This document shows positions 55,808-64,000 of a stretch of 64,000 bases of DNA, in pieces (the stretch's first letter is position 1; the number at the start of each line of letters is the position of its first letter). Source of the stretch: Gammaproteobacteria bacterium (GTDB lineage Bacteria > Pseudomonadota > Gammaproteobacteria > Steroidobacterales > Rariloculaceae). The notes below the pieces were generated by a model. It did not search any database. It saw only the letters and a list, made by a program, of their open reading frames with translations, and had not been told where the DNA came from. Position numbers and translations under genes: made by a program. The DNA lies in the NCBI GenBank assembly GCA_036396795.1, contig DASWKF010000084.1, positions 71,002 to 135,001 of the forward strand. Reading direction: 5' to 3'.

Positions 55808-57409
55808 TCAGGGTTGGACAGTCGCGGCGGCGCTCGCGAGCCGCTCGGCGGAGAACGCTGCGTTCTCGCTGTAGTAGCGCACGAACCGCCGGGGCTCTGC
55901 GGCATCGTAGACCTTGAGGTTCTCCGCCCAACGAAACCCTATGCTCTGATAGTTGAGCTCGACGCGAACCTCCAAGGCCGTGCGCGCCTCGCCGAGCGGT
56001 ATTCGGTAGCCGATGAGATCCCCGGGTGCCGCGAAATCCTCGTCCGCGGAGGCGTCGCCGTGGACGGCGATATCGACGGCAGCCGTGGCTTTGTCGAAAC
56101 CGCGAGGCAACAGGCGATTGTCCTTGACGTAGCCTACGCCGCTCAGCAGGCCGGTCGTGACGCGGCCGTGCTGATCGACCATGATCGGCTCGAAGATCTG
56201 CACCTGGCTCGAGTCCGAAATCTCCAAATGATGCGGCTCGAAGCGCGCGGCGTCGTCGTCGTTGTCGTTGCCGACGATGGATCCGTCGCTGCGCATCGCG
56301 CCGGACTCGAAAATTACGCCGCCCCGGGCATCGCTGACGGTGACGTGCAGCCAGGCGCGCCGTGACGGGTAGGCGGTGGGCAGCTTGTGGCCCGCGAGGT
56401 TCTCGACGCTGACGGCGAACTCCAGCGTATCGCCCGAGACGCGCATCGCGCCTATCGAGATGCGGGCGCTCTGCGATCCGAGAAATTCACGCGCCTGCTG
56501 GGCCGCTGCCGTAAGCTCCTGCGGAAGCGCCGTGACCCCGAGCTCGGCGCGATACTTGTTGAGCATGCGCAACATGAACGCGTTGGCGCCACGGAATGCG
56601 TGCTGCGAAAAGCCGGGGCGCGGCACGCCGAGCACAGAGCTGATAGGCGTGTCCTGCGGCAGCTCCGGCATATGACAATCCTGGCAGCTTTGCGTCGACC
56701 GAAAGTCGCTGTGCTGCCATTCCTGATACGGCATTTGCTCCGCGAGCTCGCCGATTACCTCGCCATTGTCGCCGAGGGCCTGCGTATACAGCGTATGACA
56801 GGTTGCGCAGAACTCCGATTCCTTGAGATGGTCCGCCTGAGTCGGCACGAACTGAGCTGCGGAACGCATGAGCTCGCGATGTCCGAATGCGACGTCGTGC
56901 GGCCCGTAGATTTGCCGCTGTTGCGGCGGCGCTAGGGTGTCGATCCGGAAGCCGCCGTCGAAGCTGTCGTGCTCGCCGAAATTGTCGCTGCGAACCTGGT
57001 GGCATACCGTGCAGGAGACGCCGTCCAACGCCAGCCCGTCGGCGAGACTCTCGAACACCCGCCCTTGTCCGCCGGTGGCCGCGGCGCTGAAGCGCGCCAT
57101 GGGCATGTGACAAGTCGAGCACTTGTCCTCGATGGCAGCTTGCGCTTGCGGGTGATCGAGGATCTCGCGTCTGACGCCGGCCTGCCAATACGGGTCGCGG
57201 GCGGCGTTGGCCATCATCGACGCGCGCCAAGCGTAACCGATCGAGACGTCCTCGCCCGCCGGACTCGTGAGGTTGCTGTGACACGCGATGCATTCCGACG
57301 ATGCGGCGAACAGCGCGACGCCTGCTGCCGGCGCGTCAACGGTTTGCGCGGCGGCGTTGGCGCACAATAGCGTAGCCCAGATCGCCGAGGTCGGCGCCGC
57401 GGCGCGCAT
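55808..57409 (-). CDS. periplasmic pentaheme c-type cytochrome (533 aa)
   Basis: Signal peptide MRAAAPTSAIWATLLCANAAAQ. Five CxxCH motifs: CIACH, CSTCH, CTVCH, CATCH, CQDCH. The C-terminal half is beta-rich (GHKLPTAYPSRRAWLHVTV). ATG 57409 overlaps the upstream stop (TGATG). Confidence 0.8.
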   Translation of the reverse strand: MRAAAPTSAIWATLLCANAAAQTVDAPAAGVALFAASSECIACHSNLTSPAGEDVSIGYAWRASMMANAARDPYWQAGVRREILDHPQAQAAIEDKCSTCHMPMARFSAAATGGQGRVFESLADGLALDGVSCTVCHQVRSDNFGEHDSFDGGFRIDTLAPPQQRQIYGPHDVAFGHRELMRSAAQFVPTQADHLKESEFCATCHTLYTQALGDNGEVIGELAEQMPYQEWQHSDFRSTQSCQDCHMPELPQDTPISSVLGVPRPGFSQHAFRGANAFMLRMLNKYRAELGVTALPQELTAAAQQAREFLGSQSARISIGAMRVSGDTLEFAVSVENLAGHKLPTAYPSRRAWLHVTVSDARGGVIFESGAMRSDGSIVGNDNDDDAARFEPHHLEISDSSQVQIFEPIMVDQHGRVTTGLLSGVGYVKDNRLLPRGFDKATAAVDIAVHGDASADEDFAAPGDLIGYRIPLGEARTALEVRVELNYQSIGFRWAENLKVYDAAEPRRFVRYYSENAAFSAERLASAAATVQP

Positions 57410-58557
57410 CACCAGCCCTCCGTCAGGCCGCCGTCGAACCAATCCCAAAGCAGGTAGAACACGAGCTGCTTGTCTCTGACCGAGGTGTCGGTGACAGGAA
57501 CGCGAACTCCGAAGTTCGCCATGACGTGTTGGCGGACATTGAGGGTGACCTGAAACTGCGGCACGAGATCCCATTGGGCAGCACCGCCGCCGCTCAAGGT
57601 CTTCGCCCCGAGCACTTCGACGATCGGTGTCCAGGCGCGACCGAAGCGTCCCCCGCTGGTCCAGGTTCTGCCGAAGGCAGCCCTGAGCACGAGCTCCTCG
57701 TCGAAACCGGACTCGACTGGGAGCTCCAGCTTGCCTTGGAACTGGACGAACGAATCTTGTGGCAGCAGCTTCGCGTACAACAGATAGGGCTCGAGCACGG
57801 CGGTGCCTTTGCCGAAGCCGCGGTCCTCGTCTCCGGTTGGGAGCACCAGCTCGCCACCTATGCTCAAGATCGATTGCGTCTCGAGGCTGTGACGTATGGC
57901 GTGTTTCAAGGCGAGGGTCAGGTCGCCGATGCCGGATTCCGTGCCGGCGGGCTCCCCGAGATCCGCGCGGGTCCAGGGTAGGCTGATCTCGATCTGGCTG
58001 CGCGGGCCGAAGCGTTGTTCCCAGGTGAAGCGCTGCGTGATCGCGTCGGCGCCCTCGGTGTCGATGGAGGTTCGAACGATGGCCTCGTCCTCGGGGAAGG
58101 CCTTTTCCGTGAACAGTGCTTTGGGAACGTTGAGCTCGCCGCGCGGCCAGTTCGTGTCCGCGCACTGGGTCCGCACATGGTCCAGGGTCCGCTGAATCTC
58201 GTCATCCGACAAGGCTTCGCCGAAAGCCGGCATCTTGCGGTCGAAGCCTCGAGCAGGCCCGCCTTCGTGAATGACGGCGAGCCAGTCGGAATCGGGCTCG
58301 CGCGCGGCGAAGTCGCAGTCGGTGAAATCGGGGACCGCCAGCTCGAAGCCGAGCTGACTGGCTGTCAAGCCGCGACCGTCGGCGCCGTGACAGGCGGCGC
58401 AGGCGGCTTCATAGAGATCATCGCCGTCGGTGCCGAATGACGTTGTGATGCTCGCCTGGGGCGGCTGTCCGTTCGTTTGCGATACCGCCAGCGCGATGCA
58501 GGAAAAAAAGGCGGCAATGAATCCATTCCGCAGAGATACGATCCGCTGGCTAGGCAT
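57409..58557 (-). CDS. class-I cytochrome c domain fused to a putative outer-membrane beta-barrel
   Basis: Signal peptide FIAAFFSCIALAVSQ. DDLYEAACAACHGADG (CxxCH) with a distal Met context RKMPAFGEALSDDEI. About 270 aa of alternating amphipathic strands follow, ending ...LVFYLLWDWFDGGLTEGW (aromatic terminus). Confidence 0.65.
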   Translation of the reverse strand: MPSQRIVSLRNGFIAAFFSCIALAVSQTNGQPPQASITTSFGTDGDDLYEAACAACHGADGRGLTASQLGFELAVPDFTDCDFAAREPDSDWLAVIHEGGPARGFDRKMPAFGEALSDDEIQRTLDHVRTQCADTNWPRGELNVPKALFTEKAFPEDEAIVRTSIDTEGADAITQRFTWEQRFGPRSQIEISLPWTRADLGEPAGTESGIGDLTLALKHAIRHSLETQSILSIGGELVLPTGDEDRGFGKGTAVLEPYLLYAKLLPQDSFVQFQGKLELPVESGFDEELVLRAAFGRTWTSGGRFGRAWTPIVEVLGAKTLSGGGAAQWDLVPQFQVTLNVRQHVMANFGVRVPVTDTSVRDKQLVFYLLWDWFDGGLTEGW

Positions 58558-58651
58558 GCGCCGGGCTTGCGATGTTCATTGCGCGGATAGTCTAGCATCG
58601 TCGCCTGACCCCGGTTATTGCGGAATGCCGTAGTGTGGAGGCGAAGCGCTA

Positions 58652-59425
58652 TCAGGTCAGCCGTGACCACGGGAGCAGATAGTCGAGATCGCCGACCATG
58701 CCGTGCACGGCCGAGATGCGATAGACCTGTTCGAGATTCCGTCGTGTCAAGACGTCTCTCGGAGGACCGTCGGCAATGACCTCGCCCTCACAGAGAAGCA
58801 CCAGGCGATCCGGGTATCGCATCGCGAGGCTCAGGTCGTGAAGCACGGCCAGTACGCCGGTGCCCAGGCGCGCAGTATCTCGCAGGATCTCCATGACGTG
58901 CAACTGGTGATACGGATCCAGGCCTGCAACGGGCTCGTCGGCGAGCAGCAGCGGCGCTTCGACCGCTAGCGCCCGGGCGAGCAGCACCCGGGTTCGCTCA
59001 CCGCCCGAGAGCACCGTGACATTGCGGTCCGCGAGAACGTCCGCGTCGACGGCGTGCATCGCCTTGTCGACCGCACGCATGCTGGATTCCGCCGGCGGGG
59101 AGAATCCGTTGTGGTGAGGATAGCGGCCGAGCGTGACGACCGATCGTGAGGTCAACGGCCACTCGATTCTTCGGTCCTGCGGCAGATAGGCCAGCGCCCG
59201 CGCGCGTTGTCTGCCGCTCATGCGCGAAATCGGCCGGCCGTCGAGCAGCACGCGACCGGCATCCTGCTTTTGCACGCCGACCGCCACCCGCAGCAGCGTC
59301 GACTTGCCGGCGCCGTTGGGTCCAACCAGCCCCACGAGCTCGCCCGGCCGCAGCGTCAACGATACGCGATCGAGTATCGGCCGGGTCGGCCCCGCTACGC
59401 TGATCGCCTCGATCTCGAGATTCAT
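58652..59425 (-). CDS. Fe-siderophore/heme/cobalamin-type ABC transporter ATP-binding protein
   Basis: GPNGAGKSTLL, LSGGERTRVLLARAL, LLADEP. Confidence 0.9.
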   Translation of the reverse strand: MNLEIEAISVAGPTRPILDRVSLTLRPGELVGLVGPNGAGKSTLLRVAVGVQKQDAGRVLLDGRPISRMSGRQRARALAYLPQDRRIEWPLTSRSVVTLGRYPHHNGFSPPAESSMRAVDKAMHAVDADVLADRNVTVLSGGERTRVLLARALAVEAPLLLADEPVAGLDPYHQLHVMEILRDTARLGTGVLAVLHDLSLAMRYPDRLVLLCEGEVIADGPPRDVLTRRNLEQVYRISAVHGMVGDLDYLLPWSRLT

Positions 59426-59432
59426 CCCGGCC

Positions 59433-60431
59433 CTAAGAGATATACGCGGTCTTGCTGCGCGTCACCAGATAGAAGAAAAACGGAACTCCGATCAAAGCCG
59501 TTACGACGCCGAGCCTGAGCTCGCTTTGCGTCGCAATCACGCGCACGAGCACGTCGGCGGTCAACAGCAGCGCCGCGCCCCCGAGCGCGCTTGCCGGCAG
59601 CAGGCGGCTCGGCTGATAGCCGACGAGGGGGCGCAACAGATGCGGCACGACCAGGCCGACGAAGCCGATGACGCCGCTGACCGCCGTCGCCGCGCCGACG
59701 CTGCCGGCGGTGCCCAGCGTGACCAGCCAGCGCAACCGTGACATGTCGATACCGAGGCTGATGGCGGTCTCCGCGCCGAGGCTCAGCGCGTCCAGCGGTC
59801 GTGCGCTCAGCGCCAGCAGGCTCCAGCCGACGACGGTGAACGGAAGCATCAGCCACAAGTGCGTCATGCTGCGGTCGGTGATCGATCCGAGCAGCCAAAA
59901 GACGATCTCCAAGGAAGCGAATGGATTTGGCGACAAAGAAAGTGCCAACGACGTCAACGCTCCGCAGAGGCTCGATATGGCAACGCCCGCAAGAATCAAA
60001 GTCAAGGAGCGGCCCGCATGGGCAAGCGATTGCAGGATCAGCACCGCGATCAGCGACGCGGCGATTGCGAACAGTGGCAGGGTCAGCGGGTAACGCAACG
60101 ACAAGCCGGTATAGATGGCGATGACCGCGCCGAGGGCAGAGGCATTGGAAACGCCGATGATGCCGGGCTCCGCGAGCGGATTGCGCAGATAACCCTGCAA
60201 GCTCGCGCCTGACAGCGCCAGGCTCGCGCCGATCAGCGTCCCCAGCAAGGCTCTCGGTAGCCTGATCTCCCAGAGTATCAGCGAGACCGTGCTCGTCTCG
60301 CCGGATCGCAGCACGGCGATCAATTCGCCGAGACCGATCCCTGAAGGGCCGACCAGCAGCGAGCAAGCGAAAGCGAGCAGCGTCGCCAAGCTCAGACCGG
60401 CAAGTAGGCTCGGGTAAGACCACGCTCTCAC
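59433..60431 (-). CDS. FecCD/BtuC-family ABC transporter permease
   Basis: About 9-10 TMs. LWEIRLPRALLGTLIGASLALSGASLQGYLRNPLAEPGIIGVS. GTG 60431 overlaps the upstream stop (GTGA). Confidence 0.85.
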   Translation of the reverse strand: MRAWSYPSLLAGLSLATLLAFACSLLVGPSGIGLGELIAVLRSGETSTVSLILWEIRLPRALLGTLIGASLALSGASLQGYLRNPLAEPGIIGVSNASALGAVIAIYTGLSLRYPLTLPLFAIAASLIAVLILQSLAHAGRSLTLILAGVAISSLCGALTSLALSLSPNPFASLEIVFWLLGSITDRSMTHLWLMLPFTVVGWSLLALSARPLDALSLGAETAISLGIDMSRLRWLVTLGTAGSVGAATAVSGVIGFVGLVVPHLLRPLVGYQPSRLLPASALGGAALLLTADVLVRVIATQSELRLGVVTALIGVPFFFYLVTRSKTAYIS

Positions 60432-61354
60432 CACCGCGGCTCTTGCCGCGATTCGACGAGCGCCTCGCGGGCGCCGCGCAGCTGCTCGAGCGCGTCGAGA
60501 CTGTGCGGACCGCCGCATAGCCATGCGCTGTCCGGAATGTCTATCTTTGGGGTGTGCTGTAACACCGCGCGAACCGCCGGGTGACGGTGCTGCTCCGAAG
60601 CCAACGCGGGTGGATCGTCCCAAGCGTAGCCCAGATCGACCAGGTCTGGCGCGAGCAGCAATAAGGTCTCCACGCTGATGCGATTCGAAGATTCGAACCC
60701 GAGCCTGTCGCCGGACGTCGATAAGCCGGCGCGGTGAACGATGTCGGCGAGCAGGCCGGTTTGCCCCGTCGTCCAGCCGTTGGCGTCGTAGTTGACGAAC
60801 AACGGCCGCGGTCCGTCGCCGCCATAGGTCAAGCGGCCGAGCTCTTGCTCGAAGTGCCGGGTCAGCGCTTCAGCTCTAGAGGGCTCCTGCAAGACCTCCC
60901 CGAGATGCGCGATGCTCGCGATGACGTCCGTGAGCTGCTCGGCCATGGGCAGCTCGACGACGGCATAACCCAGGCGCCGCAGCACCGCCACGGTCGGGCG
61001 AAAGCCGAAGGCCCCTGTCACGATGAGGTCGGGGTTCAGCGACAGCACCTCCTCGGCGATGCCGTGGTTGAGATGCAGCTCGCCGATCTCATGCGCGATC
61101 GCCGAGGTTCTGGGATCGGCGGCGATGAACGACAAGGACGCGATGCGCGAGCGACGCGCAATCCGCCACACGAGCTGGTCGGTGCAGACGTTCATCGAAA
61201 CGATGCGTTGCGGCGGCGACGCCGCAAACGCAGAAAGCGAAGCGGTTGCGAGCAATGCGACGCCCGCGATGCGAGCGACCATCGATATCGACGAGAGCCG
61301 TGCGGCGCGTGCCGTCGAGGCTCCGCGTATTGCGATTGGGTCCGCGGCGTCCAC
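60428..61354 (-). CDS. periplasmic substrate-binding protein of the BtuF/heme-binding (class III) type
   Basis: GGAGG 7 nt upstream of GTG 61354. Signal peptide IAGVALLATASLSAFA; RIVSMNVCTDQLV and PDLIVTG. Confidence 0.8.
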   Translation of the reverse strand: MDAADPIAIRGASTARAARLSSISMVARIAGVALLATASLSAFAASPPQRIVSMNVCTDQLVWRIARRSRIASLSFIAADPRTSAIAHEIGELHLNHGIAEEVLSLNPDLIVTGAFGFRPTVAVLRRLGYAVVELPMAEQLTDVIASIAHLGEVLQEPSRAEALTRHFEQELGRLTYGGDGPRPLFVNYDANGWTTGQTGLLADIVHRAGLSTSGDRLGFESSNRISVETLLLLAPDLVDLGYAWDDPPALASEQHRHPAVRAVLQHTPKIDIPDSAWLCGGPHSLDALEQLRGAREALVESRQEPRW

Positions 61355-61504
61355 CGATACACCTCCAGTTCTTCGAGACTGGCGGCTGTCGGGTGAATGC
61401 GGCGGTTTTTCCTAAAGCGATCGCATATCGCACACCGACAGCGCTGCCGGTGTCGCCACTGCGGTGTGACCGCTCCGATGAGGTGGCCCGCCCCCCGGAT
61501 GGAC

Positions 61505-61700
61505 GACTCGACGGCAGGTCTCCTGGCTTGCGGCTCGCTGCTCGGCCCTTCGCCTTCCCAGGCGCAAACGCCCAGTGGCAGAGATTGAACGGCGAGCTAG
61601 CCGCATACAGTTGCGGGTACAGCCACGGCTTTGAGCGGTCGACGCTTGAACCGTGTTCCCTTTCAAACCCCGAAGGGGTACCGTCACGATTGACTATAGA
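61505..61700 (-). promoter_or_regulatory. cobalamin (B12) riboswitch
   Basis: The minus strand reads ...GACGGTACCCCTTCGGGGTTTGAAAGGGAACACGGTTCAAGCGTCGACCGCTCAAAGCCGTGGCTGTACCCGCAACTGTATGCGG...TCTGCCACTGGGCGTTTGCGCCTGGGAAGGCGAAGG...AAGCCAGGAGACCTGCCGTC. It contains the AAAGGGAA, CCCGCAACTGTA, GCCACTG (B12 box), GGGAAGGC and CAGGAGACCTGCC elements in canonical order, about 150 nt upstream of the transporter start. Confidence 0.9.
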
Positions 61701-61819
61701 CGGCGCTATCGGCGCCAGCAAGTATGACGATTGGAACCTATCTCATGGTCCGACATGGCCGCGACAGCGGCTTTGCGGGACGCCCGACGAGCAGCGCGGC
61801 CGCTCGGTGCCGTTAGCTG

Positions 61820-62809
61820 ATGAACGCCTTGCTGCCGACGGTGGCGGATGTCGAAGAAGCTGACGCGCGGCTTTCCGATTGGTTGATAGCCACGCCGGTG
61901 CTCGAGAGCGAGACCCTCAACGCGCGCGTCGGATGTCGCGTGCTCGTCAAGGCCGAATCCCTGCAGCACGGCGGCAGTTTCAAGATCCGCGGCGCTCTTC
62001 ATCGCCTGCTTCGCTTGAGTCGCACGGAACGGGAAGCAGGCGTGGTCGCTTCTTCTTCCGGCAACCATGCGCAGGGAGTCGCGATGGCGGCAAAGTGGCT
62101 CGACGTCCCGGCCACGATCGTAATGCCGCGGGACGCGCCGAAGATCAAACAATTCAACACGCGCGCGCTGGGAGCCGAGATCGTCCTATATGATCGCTAC
62201 AAGGAGGATCGTGAGCGGATAGCCGCGAGCATCGCCGAGGAGCGCGGCGCGGCTCTGGTGCCCGCATTCGATCATGCCGACATCATTGCGGGCCAGGGCA
62301 CCGTCGGCTTGGAGCTCGCGGCGTTCGCGCGCCGCCGGCGTCTGCCGCTCGACGGTTTGTTCGTGCCCTGCGGCGGTGGAGGATTGGTTGCCGGGTCGGG
62401 CACCGCCGTGACTGCCGCGTTTCCGGAATGCCGGGTCTATGCCGTCGAGCCGCAAGCCTATAACGATACCGCGCTGTCGCTGGCCGCCGGCACCCGGCAA
62501 GTGATCCTGAATCACGCCAAGACGACATGCGACGCGCTCATGACGCCGTCGCCCGGCGCGATCACGTTCGCCATCAATCGCGAGCTCCTCACCGCCGCGC
62601 TCCCCGTCACCGATGCTCAGGTCGCGCACGCGATGGCGTTTGCGGCACGCTACTTGAAGCTCGCGCTGGAGCCGTCCGGCGCGACCGCATTGGCGGCGGT
62701 TCTGGCCGGCGTTCCGCCGGACCACGTCTGTATCGGCGTGGTACTGAGCGGCGCCAACGTCGATCGCGATCTGTTTGTGAGATCGCTGAACGACTATCCG
62801 GATCCATGA
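61820..62809 (+). CDS. PLP-dependent threonine/serine dehydratase family enzyme (no ACT regulatory domain)
   Basis: ESLQHGGSFKIRGA (PLP Lys), SSGNHAQG, GGGGLVAG, 329 aa. Confidence 0.85.
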   Translation: MNALLPTVADVEEADARLSDWLIATPVLESETLNARVGCRVLVKAESLQHGGSFKIRGALHRLLRLSRTEREAGVVASSSGNHAQGVAMAAKWLDVPATIVMPRDAPKIKQFNTRALGAEIVLYDRYKEDRERIAASIAEERGAALVPAFDHADIIAGQGTVGLELAAFARRRRLPLDGLFVPCGGGGLVAGSGTAVTAAFPECRVYAVEPQAYNDTALSLAAGTRQVILNHAKTTCDALMTPSPGAITFAINRELLTAALPVTDAQVAHAMAFAARYLKLALEPSGATALAAVLAGVPPDHVCIGVVLSGANVDRDLFVRSLNDYPDP

Positions 62810-64000
62810 CGGCCGGCGCCCACAAGACCACGTTGCGCGAGCTCGAGCCGCTTGGCGCCTACGAGCGATTCGACGCTGAGCCCGTGTTGCTAACGGGCTT
62901 GCAGGCGCTGGTGAGGTTACTGCTGTTGCAGAGTCGCCGGGATCGCGCTGCCGGCTTGCGCACGGCGGGTTTCGTTTCGGGATACCGCGGCTCTCCGCTC
63001 GGCGGGCTCGATCGAGAGCTGTGGCGCGCGGGCAAGCAGCTCGGCTCGGCGAATATTCACTTCGAGCCCGGCCTCAACGAGGAGCTTGCCGCCACGTCGG
63101 TTTGGGGGTCGCAGCAAGCCGGTCTCTTCGGCGATGCTCGCTTCGACGGAGTATTCAGCTTGTGGTACGGCAAGGGCCCCGGAGTCGATCGTTCCGGCGA
63201 TGCGTTCAAGCATGGGAATGCCGCAGGCTCGGCGCGCTACGGCGGAGTGCTCGTAGCGGCTGGAGACGATCACGCCTGCAAGTCTTCGACGCTGCCGCAG
63301 CAAAGCGAGTACAGCTTCATCGACGCGATGATGCCCGTGTTGAACCCGGCGGACGTGCGCGAGCTCATCGAGCTCGGCCTCGCCGGCTTCGCGTTGTCTC
63401 GCTTCAGCGGCTGTTGGGTCGGTTTCAAGGTCATTCAGGAAACCGCGGACGCCTCACAGACGGTAAGGCTCACCGATGCGGGCTCGACGTTCATCACGCC
63501 GGATCTGGAGCTCCCGGAGGATGGACTCAACATTCGCTGGCCCGATCCGCCGTTGGCGCAGGAGCGGCGGCTGCATACTCACAAATTGGCCGCGGCGCTG
63601 GCATTCGCGAAAGCGAATCGGCTGAACCGTGTCGTCATCGAGCCGAAGCAACCTCGTCTCGGCATAGTCGCGACGGGTAAGGCCTACTGTGACGTCATGG
63701 AAGCCTTGAGCATGCTCGGCATGGAGCATGACCACGCCGCCGAGATCGGACTGCGCGTTTTCAAGCTTGGAATGAGCTGGCCGCTCGAGCCGGAAGGATT
63801 GAAGGGTTTTGCCGCGGGGCTCGAGGAGATTCTCGTCGTCGAGGAGAAGCGCGGCGTCGTCGAGGCTCAGATCAAGGAGCAGCTGTACGATTGGCCTGCT
63901 ACGCGCAGGCCGCTCGTCATCGGAAAGTGCGATGAGCACGGCGTGCCGATGCTGCCCTCAACGGGCGAGCTCGGCGCGGGCCTTGTGGCCCGTGTGATGG
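62806..64000 (+). CDS. indolepyruvate/2-oxoacid:ferredoxin oxidoreductase family protein, 3' end beyond the window
   Basis: Not in the ORF track because it has no stop in the window. My translation from ATG 62806 (ATGA overlap with the upstream stop) reads MTAGAHKTTLRELEPLGAYERFDAEPVLLTGLQALVRLLLLQSRRDRAAGLRTAGFVSGYRGSPLGG...WYGKGPGVDRSGDAFKHGN...AGDDHACKSSTLPQQSE, and stays open to position 64000. Confidence 0.85.
   Translation, partial: MTAGAHKTTLRELEPLGAYERFDAEPVLLTGLQALVRLLLLQSRRDRAAGLRTAGFVSGYRGSPLGGLDRELWRAGKQLGSANIHFEPGLNEELAATSVWGSQQAGLFGDARFDGVFSLWYGKGPGVDRSGDAFKHGNAAGSARYGGVLVAAGDDHACKSSTLPQQSEYSFIDAMMPVLNPADVRELIELGLAGFALSRFSGCWVGFKVIQETADASQTVRLTDAGSTFITPDLELPEDGLNIRWPDPPLAQERRLHTHKLAAALAFAKANRLNRVVIEPKQPRLGIVATGKAYCDVMEALSMLGMEHDHAAEIGLRVFKLGMSWPLEPEGLKGFAAGLEEILVVEEKRGVVEAQIKEQLYDWPATRRPLVIGKCDEHGVPMLPSTGELGAGLVARVM

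Noticed and set aside
55808-58165. 785-aa reading of the cytochrome ORF
   Set aside because: The first roughly 250 aa are Arg-rich and overlap the upstream beta-barrel gene in another frame. A signal peptide begins at the internal ATG 57409, which overlaps the upstream stop codon.

Overview
64 kb of high-GC proteobacterial chromosome (gene content looks gammaproteobacterial). It is densely coding: about 58 protein genes plus one decayed pseudogene. I recognise no rRNA, tRNA, IS element, prophage or CRISPR array. Ordinary metabolism includes bioF-bioD, nrdJ, a PMM/PGM, bioA, ilvI and ilvH, proB-proA, apbE, glnK-amtB, a cobalamin-riboswitch-controlled Btu/Fec-type ABC importer, a PLP dehydratase, and an indolepyruvate:ferredoxin oxidoreductase running off the right edge. 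These genes are interleaved with several poorly understood envelope systems. The best candidate for an undescribed system is the same-strand, translationally coupled cluster at about 0.7-11.05 kb. It encodes a minimal Ser/Thr kinase, a TM/TPR protein and an FHA-like/TM/5xPEGA/FGE-sulfatase protein. These are followed by a small acidic secreted peptide, a MotA/ExbB-like proton-channel protein and an Hsp70-like protein with a canonical C-terminal FHA domain. Next come two tandem paralogs whose N-terminal TM helix looks like ExbD/TolR/MotB (buried Asp) but whose periplasmic part is coiled-coil plus vWA/MIDAS, and the cluster ends with a separate Gly-zipper/OmpA-type peptidoglycan anchor. I read this as a possible new ion-driven 5:2-type stator machine that presents vWA domains in the periplasm and is controlled by phospho-Thr signalling. 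Novelty cannot be established without database searches. Other items worth a second look: an 11-gene TPR/ExbB/ExbD/ExbD/TonB-like (Agl/Glt-core-like) operon; a 1329-aa AAA-like NTPase/TM/WD40 protein; an rSAM (ArsS-like)/two-transferase cluster with embedded TVP38 and FAD disulfide reductase genes; a class-I cytochrome c fused to an outer-membrane beta-barrel next to a pentaheme cytochrome; an nrdJ 3' end abutting a broken M50-CBS protease gene; and a B3-type metallo-beta-lactamase-fold protein with QxHxDH. Many long ORFs in the supplied track are antisense or out-of-frame shadows typical of GC-rich DNA and were not called.
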